NCBI GenBank assembly: GCA_038062115.1
Contig: JBBTXS010000012.1
Location: 23,141-87,140 of the forward strand
Direction: 5' to 3'
Source: Patescibacteria group bacterium
Lineage (GTDB): Bacteria > Patescibacteriota > Microgenomatia > Levybacterales > UBA12049
Length of the DNA: 64,000 bases
How positions within the stretch are numbered: position 1 is the stretch's first letter; each line of letters begins with the position of its first letter. The position numbers and the translations under genes are program-made. Shown one piece after another: positions 49,738-59,572 of the stretch. The notes under the pieces are model-generated. The model was not told the DNA's origin, made no database searches, and saw only the letters and a program-made list of their open reading frames with translations.

Positions 49738-50601
49738 TTACATAATTGTAGTAAAAGTTGCGCTGCTAATATCTAATATTTCGTTTGTTATTCTCTCTTG
49801 CCTGGCTTTATTATACTCAAGCCTAATTTCATTTGTAATTTCAATTGCATTATTCGTTGCATTTTGCATTGACAACATTCGAGCTGCCTGTTCGGATGCA
49901 TAACTTTCCAAAGAAATGTGAAATATTACAGTTTCTAAATAGTGTTGCAAAAGAGGAGACAGCAGTATTTGGGGCGATGGTTCAAAAATAGTAGTCTGAC
50001 TCATAGGTTTTGCTGTTTCTTTAGAAGGAAATTCAATTGGCAATAAATCAGCAATTTCTTGTTGTTGGGAAAACACATTCAAGAATTTAGAATATAAAAT
50101 TTTGACACTTTTAACTTTTTTTCCTTGGAAAAAACTATTAATAATTGTTATAAGAGGGTAAACTTTGTCGAATTGGGGTCGAGTAGTACCGAAGTTAAAC
50201 GAGGCAACAATCTCTTTGTTAAGACTCGAAACATATTTTTCGATTTTTTTACCAACTGTTATATAAATTGTATTTGGGTTTTTGGAATCAAAATTAAAAA
50301 TTTCATCAATTATATTTCCTATTAATCCTCCACAAAGCCCTTTATCTGGAGCAAAAATAATTAGGAGATTGCTCTTTACCTGTTTTGGAGTTTTCATATA
50401 GTCATGATAAAATTTTTCTTCTAATTTGCTTACAATATTTTGTAGTAGTTGCACCAATTTGTCAGCGTAGGGCCTGGATTTTAGCGCTAAATCTTGGCCG
50501 CGTTTTAACTTTGAGGCGGCAATCATTTGCATTGCTTTTGTTGTTTTCGAAACATTTTGAGCTGCTGTTATCCTTCTTTTTAAAGATAAAATGTTTGCCA
50601 T
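49738..50601 (-). CDS. atpG: ATP synthase gamma
   Basis: TKAMQMIAASK, DKGLCG, YNKARQ..IT.EI. Confidence 0.97.
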   Translation of the reverse strand: MANILSLKRRITAAQNVSKTTKAMQMIAASKLKRGQDLALKSRPYADKLVQLLQNIVSKLEEKFYHDYMKTPKQVKSNLLIIFAPDKGLCGGLIGNIIDEIFNFDSKNPNTIYITVGKKIEKYVSSLNKEIVASFNFGTTRPQFDKVYPLITIINSFFQGKKVKSVKILYSKFLNVFSQQQEIADLLPIEFPSKETAKPMSQTTIFEPSPQILLSPLLQHYLETVIFHISLESYASEQAARMLSMQNATNNAIEITNEIRLEYNKARQERITNEILDISSATFTTIM

Positions 50602-50611
50602 ATTTATTTTT

Positions 50612-52126
50612 TTAAAAGGTTTTCCTAAATTCTTGGGTTGCTTTTTGGACTTGTTTTAAGGTTGCCTCAGATGGTCTTTCGCCACTAGTTAAATTCTCAA
50701 TGATTTTTGGATGATGTCTTTTTATAAAAGCATGATATTTATTTTCGAATTCTTGAATTTTATCAACTGGAATATCATCCAAAAATCCACTTACCGCAGA
50801 GTTTATGCTCAAAAATTGTAATGGTTCTGCTAATGGCGCAAATCGCGGCTGCTTTAAAATTTCTGTTATTCTTTTTCCTCTTTCTATTTGGGCTGTGGTT
50901 GCTGGATCAAGCTCTCCTCCAAATTGAGCAAAAATAGCAAGTTCTCGATATTGTGCAAGCTCAAGTCTTAGTTTTCCAGATACAGATTTTATCGTGGCAG
51001 TTTGAGCGGCTCCTCCAACTCTTGAAACTGAATTTCCAACATTGACCGCTGGTCTTATCCCTGCATTAAAAAGATCTAATTGTAGATAAATTTGTCCGTC
51101 AGTGATTGAGATAACATTTGTTGGAATATAGGTAGAAATATCATTCGCTTGTGTTTCTATAATAGGTAGGGCAGTAATTGATCCGCCACCGTTTTGACTA
51201 TTTAATTTAACTGCTCGTTCAAGAAGTCTGCTATGCAAATAAAAAATGTCTCCTGGATAAGCTTCGCGACCTGCGGGACGTCGTAATACCAAGGATATTT
51301 GCCTATATGCCCATGCATGCTTGGAAAGATCGTCATAAATTATTAAAACATCTCTTCCTTTTTCCAAAAAATATTCTGCAACAGCGCATCCTGCATAAGG
51401 GGCAAGATACTGTAGGGAAACAGGACTAGATGCGCCCGCGTTTACAACCATAGAGTAGTCAAGAGAGTTTGTTTGAGACAGTTTATCTATAACCTGAGCA
51501 ACAGTACTTTGTTTTTGACCTATTGCTACATAAATGCAAATAACCGGTTTCTTATCTTTGGTCGTTGATTTTTGGTTGATGATTGTATCGATTGCTATAG
51601 AAGTTTTTCCTGTTTGGCGGTCCCCAATTATAAGTTCGCGTTGGCCCCGTCCTATTGGAATCATTGTGTCGATAGCTTTTATTCCAGTTTTAAGAGGCGT
51701 GTTAACCGATTCTCGTTCAACAACACCTGGTGCTATCCGTTCAAGAGGCATACTTTTACCGTTCTTGATTTTTGGTTTTCCATCCAATGGTTCTCCAAGC
51801 GGATTTATTACCCTTCCCAAAAGTGCGTCTGATGCATCAATACTTAGTATTGTTCCACTCGTTTTAACTTCGTTTCCTTCTTTTATGGTTTCTCCTTTTC
51901 CAAGAAGTATTATGGAGACATAGTCTTCCTCTAGATTTAATACAACTCCAGTCGTACCTTCTTCAAAGTGTACTATTTCTCCGATTCTAGCCTGTGATAA
52001 CCCAGAAGCAACTATTACACCGTCTGTATTTTTAATCACCCTACCAATATTTTTAACCCTTAGGTCCTCCCCAAATGTCATTAATCTTTCTTCCAATTTC
52101 TTTATAATATTCTCGTTATCAATCAT
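50612..52126 (-). CDS. atpA: ATP synthase alpha
   Basis: GDRQTGKT, GREAYPGD, VSRVG. Confidence 0.98.
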   Translation of the reverse strand: MIDNENIIKKLEERLMTFGEDLRVKNIGRVIKNTDGVIVASGLSQARIGEIVHFEEGTTGVVLNLEEDYVSIILLGKGETIKEGNEVKTSGTILSIDASDALLGRVINPLGEPLDGKPKIKNGKSMPLERIAPGVVERESVNTPLKTGIKAIDTMIPIGRGQRELIIGDRQTGKTSIAIDTIINQKSTTKDKKPVICIYVAIGQKQSTVAQVIDKLSQTNSLDYSMVVNAGASSPVSLQYLAPYAGCAVAEYFLEKGRDVLIIYDDLSKHAWAYRQISLVLRRPAGREAYPGDIFYLHSRLLERAVKLNSQNGGGSITALPIIETQANDISTYIPTNVISITDGQIYLQLDLFNAGIRPAVNVGNSVSRVGGAAQTATIKSVSGKLRLELAQYRELAIFAQFGGELDPATTAQIERGKRITEILKQPRFAPLAEPLQFLSINSAVSGFLDDIPVDKIQEFENKYHAFIKRHHPKIIENLTSGERPSEATLKQVQKATQEFRKTF

Positions 52127-52149
52127 AACGTTTTGTAATATATGAGATT

Positions 52150-52261
52150 ATGACTGGGACATAAATACTCATTTGTCATTCCGAGCGAGTGTAGCGAGTC
52201 GAGGAATCTCTTTGAAGGAGATTTCTCGGCAAGCTCGAAATGACAATTATGACCCAGTCAC
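52150..52261. mobile_element. 112-bp MITE, copy 2, in the last codons of atpH
   Basis: ATATGAGATT on both sides; near-identical to 42855-42966. Confidence 0.9.
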
Positions 52262-52591
52262 ATATGAGATTATATCATCTAGCCTACTTTTTAGATTGAA
52301 TTCGTAAACATTGTCGTTATCTACGATTTTTACCCCTAACATTAAAGATGGATCAATTTTGTAAACTATTTTTTTATTAGGAAATAATTTTTCAAATCCT
52401 ATGTTACTGTATGCCTTAAAAGGTGTAGTAACTATAATGTTTTTTTTATCTTCGTAATTTTTAAGCGCATCAATATACTGTTTAAGTTCGAATCTTGTAA
52501 AACAGTTTACAATGGCATATACTTTGTTGCTGTCTAAAATATCATTTTTATAACTTTCTGCCACCAAATTTTTTAGTTTGTTTCTGGTCAT
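52247..52591 (-). CDS. atpH: ATP synthase delta (short); last 4 residues MITE-derived
   Basis: IDPSLMLGVKI; position in the operon. Confidence 0.85.
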   Translation of the reverse strand: MTRNKLKNLVAESYKNDILDSNKVYAIVNCFTRFELKQYIDALKNYEDKKNIIVTTPFKAYSNIGFEKLFPNKKIVYKIDPSLMLGVKIVDNDNVYEFNLKSRLDDIISYVTGS

Positions 52592-52597
52592 AAAGTT

Positions 52598-53101
52598 TTA
52601 AACTAATATTTTTATCTTTTTTAAGGCCTTTTCCACAACTTCTTTTTGATCTCTTTCCGAAAATAACTGTTCAACAGATTTTTGTAAAAATTTTATTGCC
52701 AAACTACTAACATTTTCCATTAATCTTTTTTCGGTCTCACTTCTCTCTTTTTCTATTTGTAGTCTTACTTCTTTTAGAATCTTTTCGGATTGCTTTTTAG
52801 CGTTTTCCTGTATTTCTTTTGAGGCTTCTATAGATTGAAGAGTTGCATCCTCGACAATTTTTTTTGCCTGAATTTGGGCATTTCGTAGAATATTTTTTTC
52901 TTCTTGCAATACTTTCTCCATCCGCTTTTGAGCTTCTTCCGCGGTTTTTAACCCCTCTATTATAGTATCTTTTCTCTTTTGCAAAAGTTGAGTAATGGGT
53001 TTGTACAATAACTTACGAAGAATAAATAAAACTATTAAAAAATTAACAACCTGAGCACCTAATAGTATAGGGTTAATTCCAAAATTTTTGATAAGTTCCA
53101 T
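52598..53101 (-). CDS. atpF: ATP synthase b
   Basis: QVVNF..LYKPI...L.KR then coiled coil. Confidence 0.95.
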   Translation of the reverse strand: MELIKNFGINPILLGAQVVNFLIVLFILRKLLYKPITQLLQKRKDTIIEGLKTAEEAQKRMEKVLQEEKNILRNAQIQAKKIVEDATLQSIEASKEIQENAKKQSEKILKEVRLQIEKERSETEKRLMENVSSLAIKFLQKSVEQLFSERDQKEVVEKALKKIKILV

Positions 53102-53106
53102 AATAC

Positions 53107-53313
53107 TTATTTGGTAAATGCTAAAATTAAGGAATAAATTGCGATAGCCTCAGCAAATGCCATTGCAAGAAGCATGGCTGGCAGGATTCTTCCCGAAGCT
53201 TCTGGATTTCTCCCAAGTGCTTCCATTGCCTTGCTTCCAATAAGGCCAATTGCTAAAGCTGGTAATGCTCCGCCCAAGGCAATAATCAGTCCTCCTGAAA
53301 TGCTAAAACTCAT
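53107..53313 (-). CDS. atpE: ATP synthase c
   Basis: GRNPEA loop, FAEAIAIY. Confidence 0.96.
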   Translation of the reverse strand: MSFSISGGLIIALGGALPALAIGLIGSKAMEALGRNPEASGRILPAMLLAMAFAEAIAIYSLILAFTK

Positions 53314-54044
53314 GTTGTCGTCACCTCCTTTGGCTTGTGGTGTGTAGTTAATATAGCCATAAAAGCCATTGTTAGCATTGCAAAAACAAGTGCTTGTACC
53401 ATACCTATTATAATCTCAAGCAATAAGAAAGGGGTAGGAAAAATAAAAGCAAAAATCGAAGATACAGTTAGAAGAACTACTTCGCCAGCAAAAATATTGC
53501 CAAAGAGACGGAAAGACAAAGAAATTACTTTGGTTATCTCCGAAATTACTTCTAATATTCCTATAAAAAGATTTATTGGGTTTAGAGACAAGTATCGACT
53601 TAAATAGTCCCCAAAGCCAACTACTCTAATACTTAATATGTGAGTAGCAACTGACGATACAATTGCGAGTGCAAGAGTTAGATTTAAATCGCTTGTTGCG
53701 CTTCTTAAAAGCGGAATAAGCTTTTCGTCTCTAAATAACCCTATTGTGCCAACCCCAGGAATTAACCCGCTCCAATTCGCAACGAGAATAAAAAGAAAAA
53801 AAGTCATAACATAAGGAAAAATTAGTGATGCTCGATTTTGAGCAACAGATTCTATTAAACTATAGAATATTTCTATTATATATTCACTCACGTTTTGGAA
53901 AAAGTTGGGAATAGCGGACAATTTTTTTGTTATAAATACAGAACTTCCTATTAGAATTATATCGACCAATAATGTACCTAATAAAGTGTTTGTGATGCTA
54001 ATTGATCCTAAGCTAAAAATTGATTCAGGTGTAAACGAAACCAT
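53310..54044 (-). CDS. atpB: ATP synthase a
   Basis: SLSFRLFGNIFAGE, QALVF.ML. Confidence 0.97.
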   Translation of the reverse strand: MVSFTPESIFSLGSISITNTLLGTLLVDIILIGSSVFITKKLSAIPNFFQNVSEYIIEIFYSLIESVAQNRASLIFPYVMTFFLFILVANWSGLIPGVGTIGLFRDEKLIPLLRSATSDLNLTLALAIVSSVATHILSIRVVGFGDYLSRYLSLNPINLFIGILEVISEITKVISLSFRLFGNIFAGEVVLLTVSSIFAFIFPTPFLLLEIIIGMVQALVFAMLTMAFMAILTTHHKPKEVTTT

Positions 54045-54094
54045 AGAATTACCTTTTATTCTTAATCTAAGTGTAGACTTAATTATATATTAAG

Positions 54095-57000
54095 TCAAGA
54101 CGAAAAATGATTTTTTGTAGATATTTTTTCTGCAATAACGGTTGGCTTGTCATTCTTTGTATCAAGCTTTCCTTCTATAATTACAACAGAATCTTTTATT
54201 AATAAATTTTTGTGTCGTTCATAAATTCTTGGAAAAATAACACATTCTACAGATAGTCCTTTTTCGTCGCCAACTGTTGAAAATGCCATTTCGTTCCCGC
54301 TTTTAGTAAATATTCTTTTAGTTGTTTCTATAATTCCGCCTATTTTAACTCTTGTGCCTTCTTTTTCTTCTGTCAAAAGATCAATCTCATGGGAAATTAC
54401 TGATTTTAAAGATAATAAGTTATCAAGTTGTGGATGGGATGTTAAATAAAGTCCTAAAAATTCTTTCTCAAAAGCTAGTTTTTCATTGGACGAAAAATCA
54501 TCTACATTTGAAACAGTTCTTTTAAGATTATCCATGCCTAAACTATCGCCAAAAAGGCTAGATTGTCCAACCTGAGCCTGTTTTCGTTTTCTATGAGCAT
54601 TCTCGGCAATCTCTGGATACGAGATTAAAAGATTTGCTCTGTTTCCAAAAGAATCCATAGCACCTGCTTTTATAAGACTCTCAACTGTTTTTTTATTCAC
54701 TGGACCAGGGTCAACTCGATCATAAAAATCTACAAGACTTTTAAACAAACCAGTTCTTCGTGCGGTAAGAATGCTATTTATGGCTGCTTCTCCAACATTT
54801 TTTATAGCAGAAAGCCCAAACCGAATGTTTTTTTTATCCTCAATAGTAAAATCGCTAGCAGATTTATTAACGTCTGGAGACAAAACTGTAAGTTTTAATC
54901 TTTTACACTCTGCAACAGCTTGAGCGATTTTTTCGTTTTTTGTTGGACCAGTAGTGCCCCGAGACTCTGCGGTTAATAAGGCAGTCATAAATTCTACTGG
55001 AAAATGCGCCTTAAGATACGCAGTTCTAAAAGCAATGGTTGCGTAACCCGCAGCATGTGCCTTATTAAAACCGTATCCCGCAAACGGCTCAAATAAATTC
55101 CATAAATTTTGAGCATTATCCTTTTTCATTCCGCCTGCTACGCATCCTTGTACAAACTTGTCATGTTGTTTTTTCATCTCTGATGGGATTTTTTTACCAA
55201 TCGCTTTTCTTAGTTTGTCTGTCTCAAGCCAAGAGTATCCTGCTACTTTTATTGCAGTCAACAAAACATCATCTTGGAAAGTAATAACGCCATATGATTC
55301 TTTTAATATCTCTTTAAGTCGAGGATCAGGATATTTGATGTGAGATGCACTATGCTTACGTTTAACAAACTCTGGAATATTTGCCATAGGTCCTGGTCTA
55401 TACAAAGCAACCATGGCCTGAAGATCAAATATAGAGGTTGGCTTTAATTCTTTTATATATCTTCTCATTCCAGAAGATTCCAACTGGAATATTCCAGTAG
55501 TTTCTCCCGAAGAAAGCAACTCAAATGTCTTTTTGTCATCAAAAGATGCCTGAGACAAATCAATATTTATTACTTGGTTTTCTTTAATGAATCGTAAAGC
55601 TTCTTCTATGATTGCTAAATTTCTAAGCCCCAAGAGATCAATCTTTAAAAGTCCCACGCCATCTTCTCCAACAGTGTACATGTCGTACTGAGTAACTATT
55701 TTCTCTCCGTTAGTTTCTCGTTGTAGAGGAGTGTATTCAGTAAGAGGCCTATCTGCAATTACAACTCCAGCAGCATGCATAGATGCATGTCTGACAACAC
55801 CTTCCAATCTTGTCGCAAGATCCAATAGTTTTTTGGCGTCTGGTTCTGTAGCATAGACAGTTTTGAGATCAGTACTCTGTTCAAGAGCTTTTTCTATGGT
55901 CATTGCATGGCCTTGCCAACCAGGAGGAATCATCTTTGCTATTCTATCGCAAACTGCATATGGCATGCCAAGCGCCCGGCCAGTATCTCTTACAGAACCC
56001 CTTGCTTCCATTGTTCCAAATGTAATAATCTGAGCAACTTTATCCCGACCGTATTTTTGAGTTACATATTCTATAACTTCATCTCGTCTGTTATCGGCAA
56101 AATCAAGATCAATATCTGGAGGAGAAGGCCGCATTGGATTAAGAAACCTTTCAAATGGAAGCTTAAAAAACAAAGGATCTATATCCGAAATGCCTAAGGC
56201 ATAAGACACTATAGAGCCAGCATTAGATCCTCGGCCTGGACCAACCGTAATCCCATGGTTTTTTGCCCAATTGACAAAATCTGCAACAATAAGAATATAC
56301 GTTTCGTAGCCTTTCTTTAAAATGATAGACAGCTCATATTCAGCTCGCTCTCTTATTTCACGAGTTATTTCTTTGTATCTATTCTTTAGCCCTTCTTCTA
56401 CTTTATTTTTCATGAATTCTTGTGGCGTTTTATTGTTTGGTACATCAAAAATAGGCATAATCCACTTGCCAAGAGATATTTCTACGTTACACATATCTGC
56501 AATTCTAGAAGTGTTTTCTAGGGCTGTTTGTGTTTGAATAAAGAGACCCTTCATTTCTTCTTGAGACTTCATATAGAAATCAGGAGAAGAGATCATAGAA
56601 AGCTTACGGTTTGGCGTATTTAAGGCTGTTTGTGTTTGAATACAAAGCAAGATTTCTTGTGCTTCTGCATCTGTATTATAAATATAATGATTATCGTTAG
56701 TTGCAACCAAAGGTAAACCCATTTTTTTGGAAAGAGCAATTAATTTTTCGTTTAGAATATCTTGATCCTCAACGTTTATGTGTTTTTGGAGTTCTAAATA
56801 AAAGTTGCCTTCTCCAAATATTTTATATAAAACCTCTGCTCTTTTTACCGCTGTTTCTTCTTGGTTTTGTATCAGTGGATCAGAGATATACCCATTGACG
56901 CATGCGCTTAAACATATTAAGCCGTTGCTAAATTGCCGAAGAAGTTCAATATCGGTTCTTGGTCTGTAATAATATCCCTCTAAGTTTGCAATAGAAATTA

Positions 57001-57313
57001 TTTTAATAAGATTTTTGTATCCTGTATTATTTTTTGCCAAAAGTATTAGATGGTTTGAGTCGTTGTCAACTCCCGCCTCTTTATCGTGTCTTGATCTTTT
57101 GGATATGTAGATTTCGCATCCAATAATTGGTTTAATACCTAAAGCTTGGCATGTTTTATAAAAGGTAATCGTTCCGTACATATTTCCATGATCTGTAATC
57201 GCTAACGCTTTCATATTAAGTTCTTTGGCACGCTTGACCATTTCTGGGATTTTTGAAAGCCCATCTAAAAGAGAATATTCACTATGATTATGAAGGTGAA
57301 CAAAATTTGCCAT
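54095..57313 (-). CDS. dnaE: DNA polymerase III alpha
   Basis: HLHNHSEYSLLDG, GPGRGS, PDIDLD, YGFNKAH. Confidence 0.98.
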   Translation of the reverse strand: MANFVHLHNHSEYSLLDGLSKIPEMVKRAKELNMKALAITDHGNMYGTITFYKTCQALGIKPIIGCEIYISKRSRHDKEAGVDNDSNHLILLAKNNTGYKNLIKIISIANLEGYYYRPRTDIELLRQFSNGLICLSACVNGYISDPLIQNQEETAVKRAEVLYKIFGEGNFYLELQKHINVEDQDILNEKLIALSKKMGLPLVATNDNHYIYNTDAEAQEILLCIQTQTALNTPNRKLSMISSPDFYMKSQEEMKGLFIQTQTALENTSRIADMCNVEISLGKWIMPIFDVPNNKTPQEFMKNKVEEGLKNRYKEITREIRERAEYELSIILKKGYETYILIVADFVNWAKNHGITVGPGRGSNAGSIVSYALGISDIDPLFFKLPFERFLNPMRPSPPDIDLDFADNRRDEVIEYVTQKYGRDKVAQIITFGTMEARGSVRDTGRALGMPYAVCDRIAKMIPPGWQGHAMTIEKALEQSTDLKTVYATEPDAKKLLDLATRLEGVVRHASMHAAGVVIADRPLTEYTPLQRETNGEKIVTQYDMYTVGEDGVGLLKIDLLGLRNLAIIEEALRFIKENQVINIDLSQASFDDKKTFELLSSGETTGIFQLESSGMRRYIKELKPTSIFDLQAMVALYRPGPMANIPEFVKRKHSASHIKYPDPRLKEILKESYGVITFQDDVLLTAIKVAGYSWLETDKLRKAIGKKIPSEMKKQHDKFVQGCVAGGMKKDNAQNLWNLFEPFAGYGFNKAHAAGYATIAFRTAYLKAHFPVEFMTALLTAESRGTTGPTKNEKIAQAVAECKRLKLTVLSPDVNKSASDFTIEDKKNIRFGLSAIKNVGEAAINSILTARRTGLFKSLVDFYDRVDPGPVNKKTVESLIKAGAMDSFGNRANLLISYPEIAENAHRKRKQAQVGQSSLFGDSLGMDNLKRTVSNVDDFSSNEKLAFEKEFLGLYLTSHPQLDNLLSLKSVISHEIDLLTEEKEGTRVKIGGIIETTKRIFTKSGNEMAFSTVGDEKGLSVECVIFPRIYERHKNLLIKDSVVIIEGKLDTKNDKPTVIAEKISTKNHFSS

Positions 57314-57322
57314 AGCTCAATA

Positions 57323-57411
57323 TGTCATTGCGAGCGAACTTTAGTTCGCGCGGCAATCTCTTTTGATGGGGATTGCTTCGTCTCAGGCTTCGCCTGATCC
57401 TCGCAATGACA
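57323..57411. repeat. TGTCATTGCGAG...CTCGCAATGACA repeat filling the gatB-dnaE spacer
   Basis: 12-bp terminal inverted repeat. Confidence 0.92.
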
Positions 57412-58857
57412 CTATAATAATTGCTTTTTAATCTCTCTTTTTACTATATTAGGATCTATACTTTTTAAAATTTTTCTTAATACCATTCCTACCAAAAACA
57501 TAATCACATTTGCTTTACCTTTTTTATAATCGCTTATTGCTCTTGGATTGTCAAGAATTACTTGTTTTACTGTTTTTTCAAGGTACTTCTGATCAACAGT
57601 CGTTTTTTGCGTTGACGTAATAATACTTCGAACTAACTGCGCTGGCATTGTTTTTTCTAAATCTACTTTTTTATTGATAATCCAGTTAGCAATAACCTTT
57701 GTATTTATAGATTCCTGATTCTTAATTCTTAATTCACGATTCACTTTTACCGCTTCTTCGAAATATTCTGCAATCCCTCTATCTTTTGTTAATATTTCAC
57801 TGTCGTAATCTGACAAACCATAAATTTTTGTGAATCGTTGAAACTTTTGATCGGGTAGTTCTGTCATTTGAAATTTGAAATTTGAAATTTGTAATTCCAC
57901 CCACCGAATGGGTGGTATATCTGGCTCTGGGAAGTATCTATAATCCATTGTTTCTTCTTTTACTCTTTGAGACACTGTAATTTGTTTTTTGCTATCCCAA
58001 CCCCTTGTTTCTTGGATTGGAGTTTTTCCTGATTCTAAAATCTTTTTCTGCCTTTCTATCTCGTAATTTATTGCCTTTTCGACAAAACGGAAAGAATTAA
58101 TATTTTTTACTTCGACTTTATAGGTAGGCAACCTCTCACTGTCATTGCGAGCGAAGCGAAGCAATCCCTCTACTTTTGAGATTGCTTCGTCGCCGCGTCT
58201 GACGCGGCTTCCTCGCAATGACATTTCAGATAGTGAAATGTTAGGCTCCAACCGCATCTGCCCTCTCTCCATGTCTGCGTCTGACACGTCTAAGTATCTA
58301 ACGATTTGCTGGAGTTTTTTTAGATATTCAACGACCTCTGTTGCAGATTCAAAATCAGGTTCAGTAACTATTTCAACAAGCGGAACTCCTGATCGATTAA
58401 AATCTATCAGCGTTACTTTTTCCCCTTTTACAATAGAATGAATTAGCTTACCAGTATCTTCCTCCATGTGAACCCGACGTATCCGAATTATTTTTTTACC
58501 CTCACCTCGAAGGTGTTTATCCGTTTCACCTTCCAGGTGTACATATCCACCGACTGCAAATGGTTGATCGTATTGTGAAATCTGGTATCCCTTAGGAAGG
58601 TCTGGGTAAAAATAATTTTTCCGATCAAACTTTGAAAATAGAGGAATCTTGCAATTTAATGCAAGCCCAATCATCACACACCACTCAATTGCTTTTTTGT
58701 TTGGAACTGGTAGGGCTCCAGGGAGCCCTAAGCAGACTGGACAAACGTGAGTATTTGGGTCTTTACCAAAATAATCCACAGAACAGCCACAAAACATTTT
58801 AGATTTTGTTTTTAACTCAACATGAACCTCAAGACCTATGACTGGTTTGTACCCCAT
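57412..58857 (-). CDS. gatB: Asp/Glu-tRNA amidotransferase B with several in-frame repeat inserts
   Basis: IGLEVHVEL, FDRKNYFYPDLPKGYQISQ, EVKNINSF, YRYFPEPD. Confidence 0.97.
   Translation of the reverse strand: MGYKPVIGLEVHVELKTKSKMFCGCSVDYFGKDPNTHVCPVCLGLPGALPVPNKKAIEWCVMIGLALNCKIPLFSKFDRKNYFYPDLPKGYQISQYDQPFAVGGYVHLEGETDKHLRGEGKKIIRIRRVHMEEDTGKLIHSIVKGEKVTLIDFNRSGVPLVEIVTEPDFESATEVVEYLKKLQQIVRYLDVSDADMERGQMRLEPNISLSEMSLRGSRVRRGDEAISKVEGLLRFARNDSERLPTYKVEVKNINSFRFVEKAINYEIERQKKILESGKTPIQETRGWDSKKQITVSQRVKEETMDYRYFPEPDIPPIRWVELQISNFKFQMTELPDQKFQRFTKIYGLSDYDSEILTKDRGIAEYFEEAVKVNRELRIKNQESINTKVIANWIINKKVDLEKTMPAQLVRSIITSTQKTTVDQKYLEKTVKQVILDNPRAISDYKKGKANVIMFLVGMVLRKILKSIDPNIVKREIKKQLL
58140..58223. 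repeat. 84-bp TGTCATTGCGAG...CTCGCAATGACA repeat in frame in gatB
   Basis: 28 codons, MSLRGSRVRRGDEAISKVEGLLRFARND, between EPNISL and KVEVKN. Confidence 0.93.
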
Positions 58858-59572
58858 TACTTCTCCTTTCCTTAACAAAATTTTGAACTTCTTGATAACT
58901 TTTCTGCCATGGCCAATAAAGCGAACCTGATAGACCATATACAGGAATACAAAAGTTAGGTCGATCTCTATTTATTGATGTCATTTCCGAAACAACAATA
59001 TCTACCGTTTCTTGTACAGTCGTACTTTTAAGATCAACACATTCTGAGAAACGGATAGAACTTAGTATTTGATCAAGTACAACAATGCCTTTAAATAATT
59101 GTGGACCTACTCTATTTTTTGCTAATTCTTCTACGGGGTTTCTTTTAGCATAAGGCTTATTTTCAACAAGAATAACACACAGATTCTCTCGGGGGATCAC
59201 GATCCTATTGAAGTTATACTTAAGATCATGCGTCGCGCTCAAAATAGCAGTTTCAAAAGATTTCTCCAACGTTACATCTGTATTAGAAAGGGATATACTA
59301 GTCTTATTTACGGGATCTACCCAGTTTCTGCTAAAAAGTATCCCTTTTTTTCTTGCAAAACTCTCAGCCACTAATCCATGGAGAAGAATTCCCCGTAGTC
59401 TATCTACTGGTAAATTTGTGAGGCCATTATTGTTATGAATATCCCCTAAGCGGATAAAGCCATGCTTAAATAACAACGGCTCAGTGTGGATGTCTACAAC
59501 TTTATTTATTGCTGCTTCTTGTGCCATTTCAATAAAGCTGGATGAATGTTCAGGACTTACTTCGACATTCAT
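58829..59572 (-). CDS. Hypothetical protein between gatA and gatB
   Basis: 247 aa; ATGA overlap with the gatA stop; overlaps the gatB start. Confidence 0.75.
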   Translation of the reverse strand: MNVEVSPEHSSSFIEMAQEAAINKVVDIHTEPLLFKHGFIRLGDIHNNNGLTNLPVDRLRGILLHGLVAESFARKKGILFSRNWVDPVNKTSISLSNTDVTLEKSFETAILSATHDLKYNFNRIVIPRENLCVILVENKPYAKRNPVEELAKNRVGPQLFKGIVVLDQILSSIRFSECVDLKSTTVQETVDIVVSEMTSINRDRPNFCIPVYGLSGSLYWPWQKSYQEVQNFVKERRSNGVQTSHRS

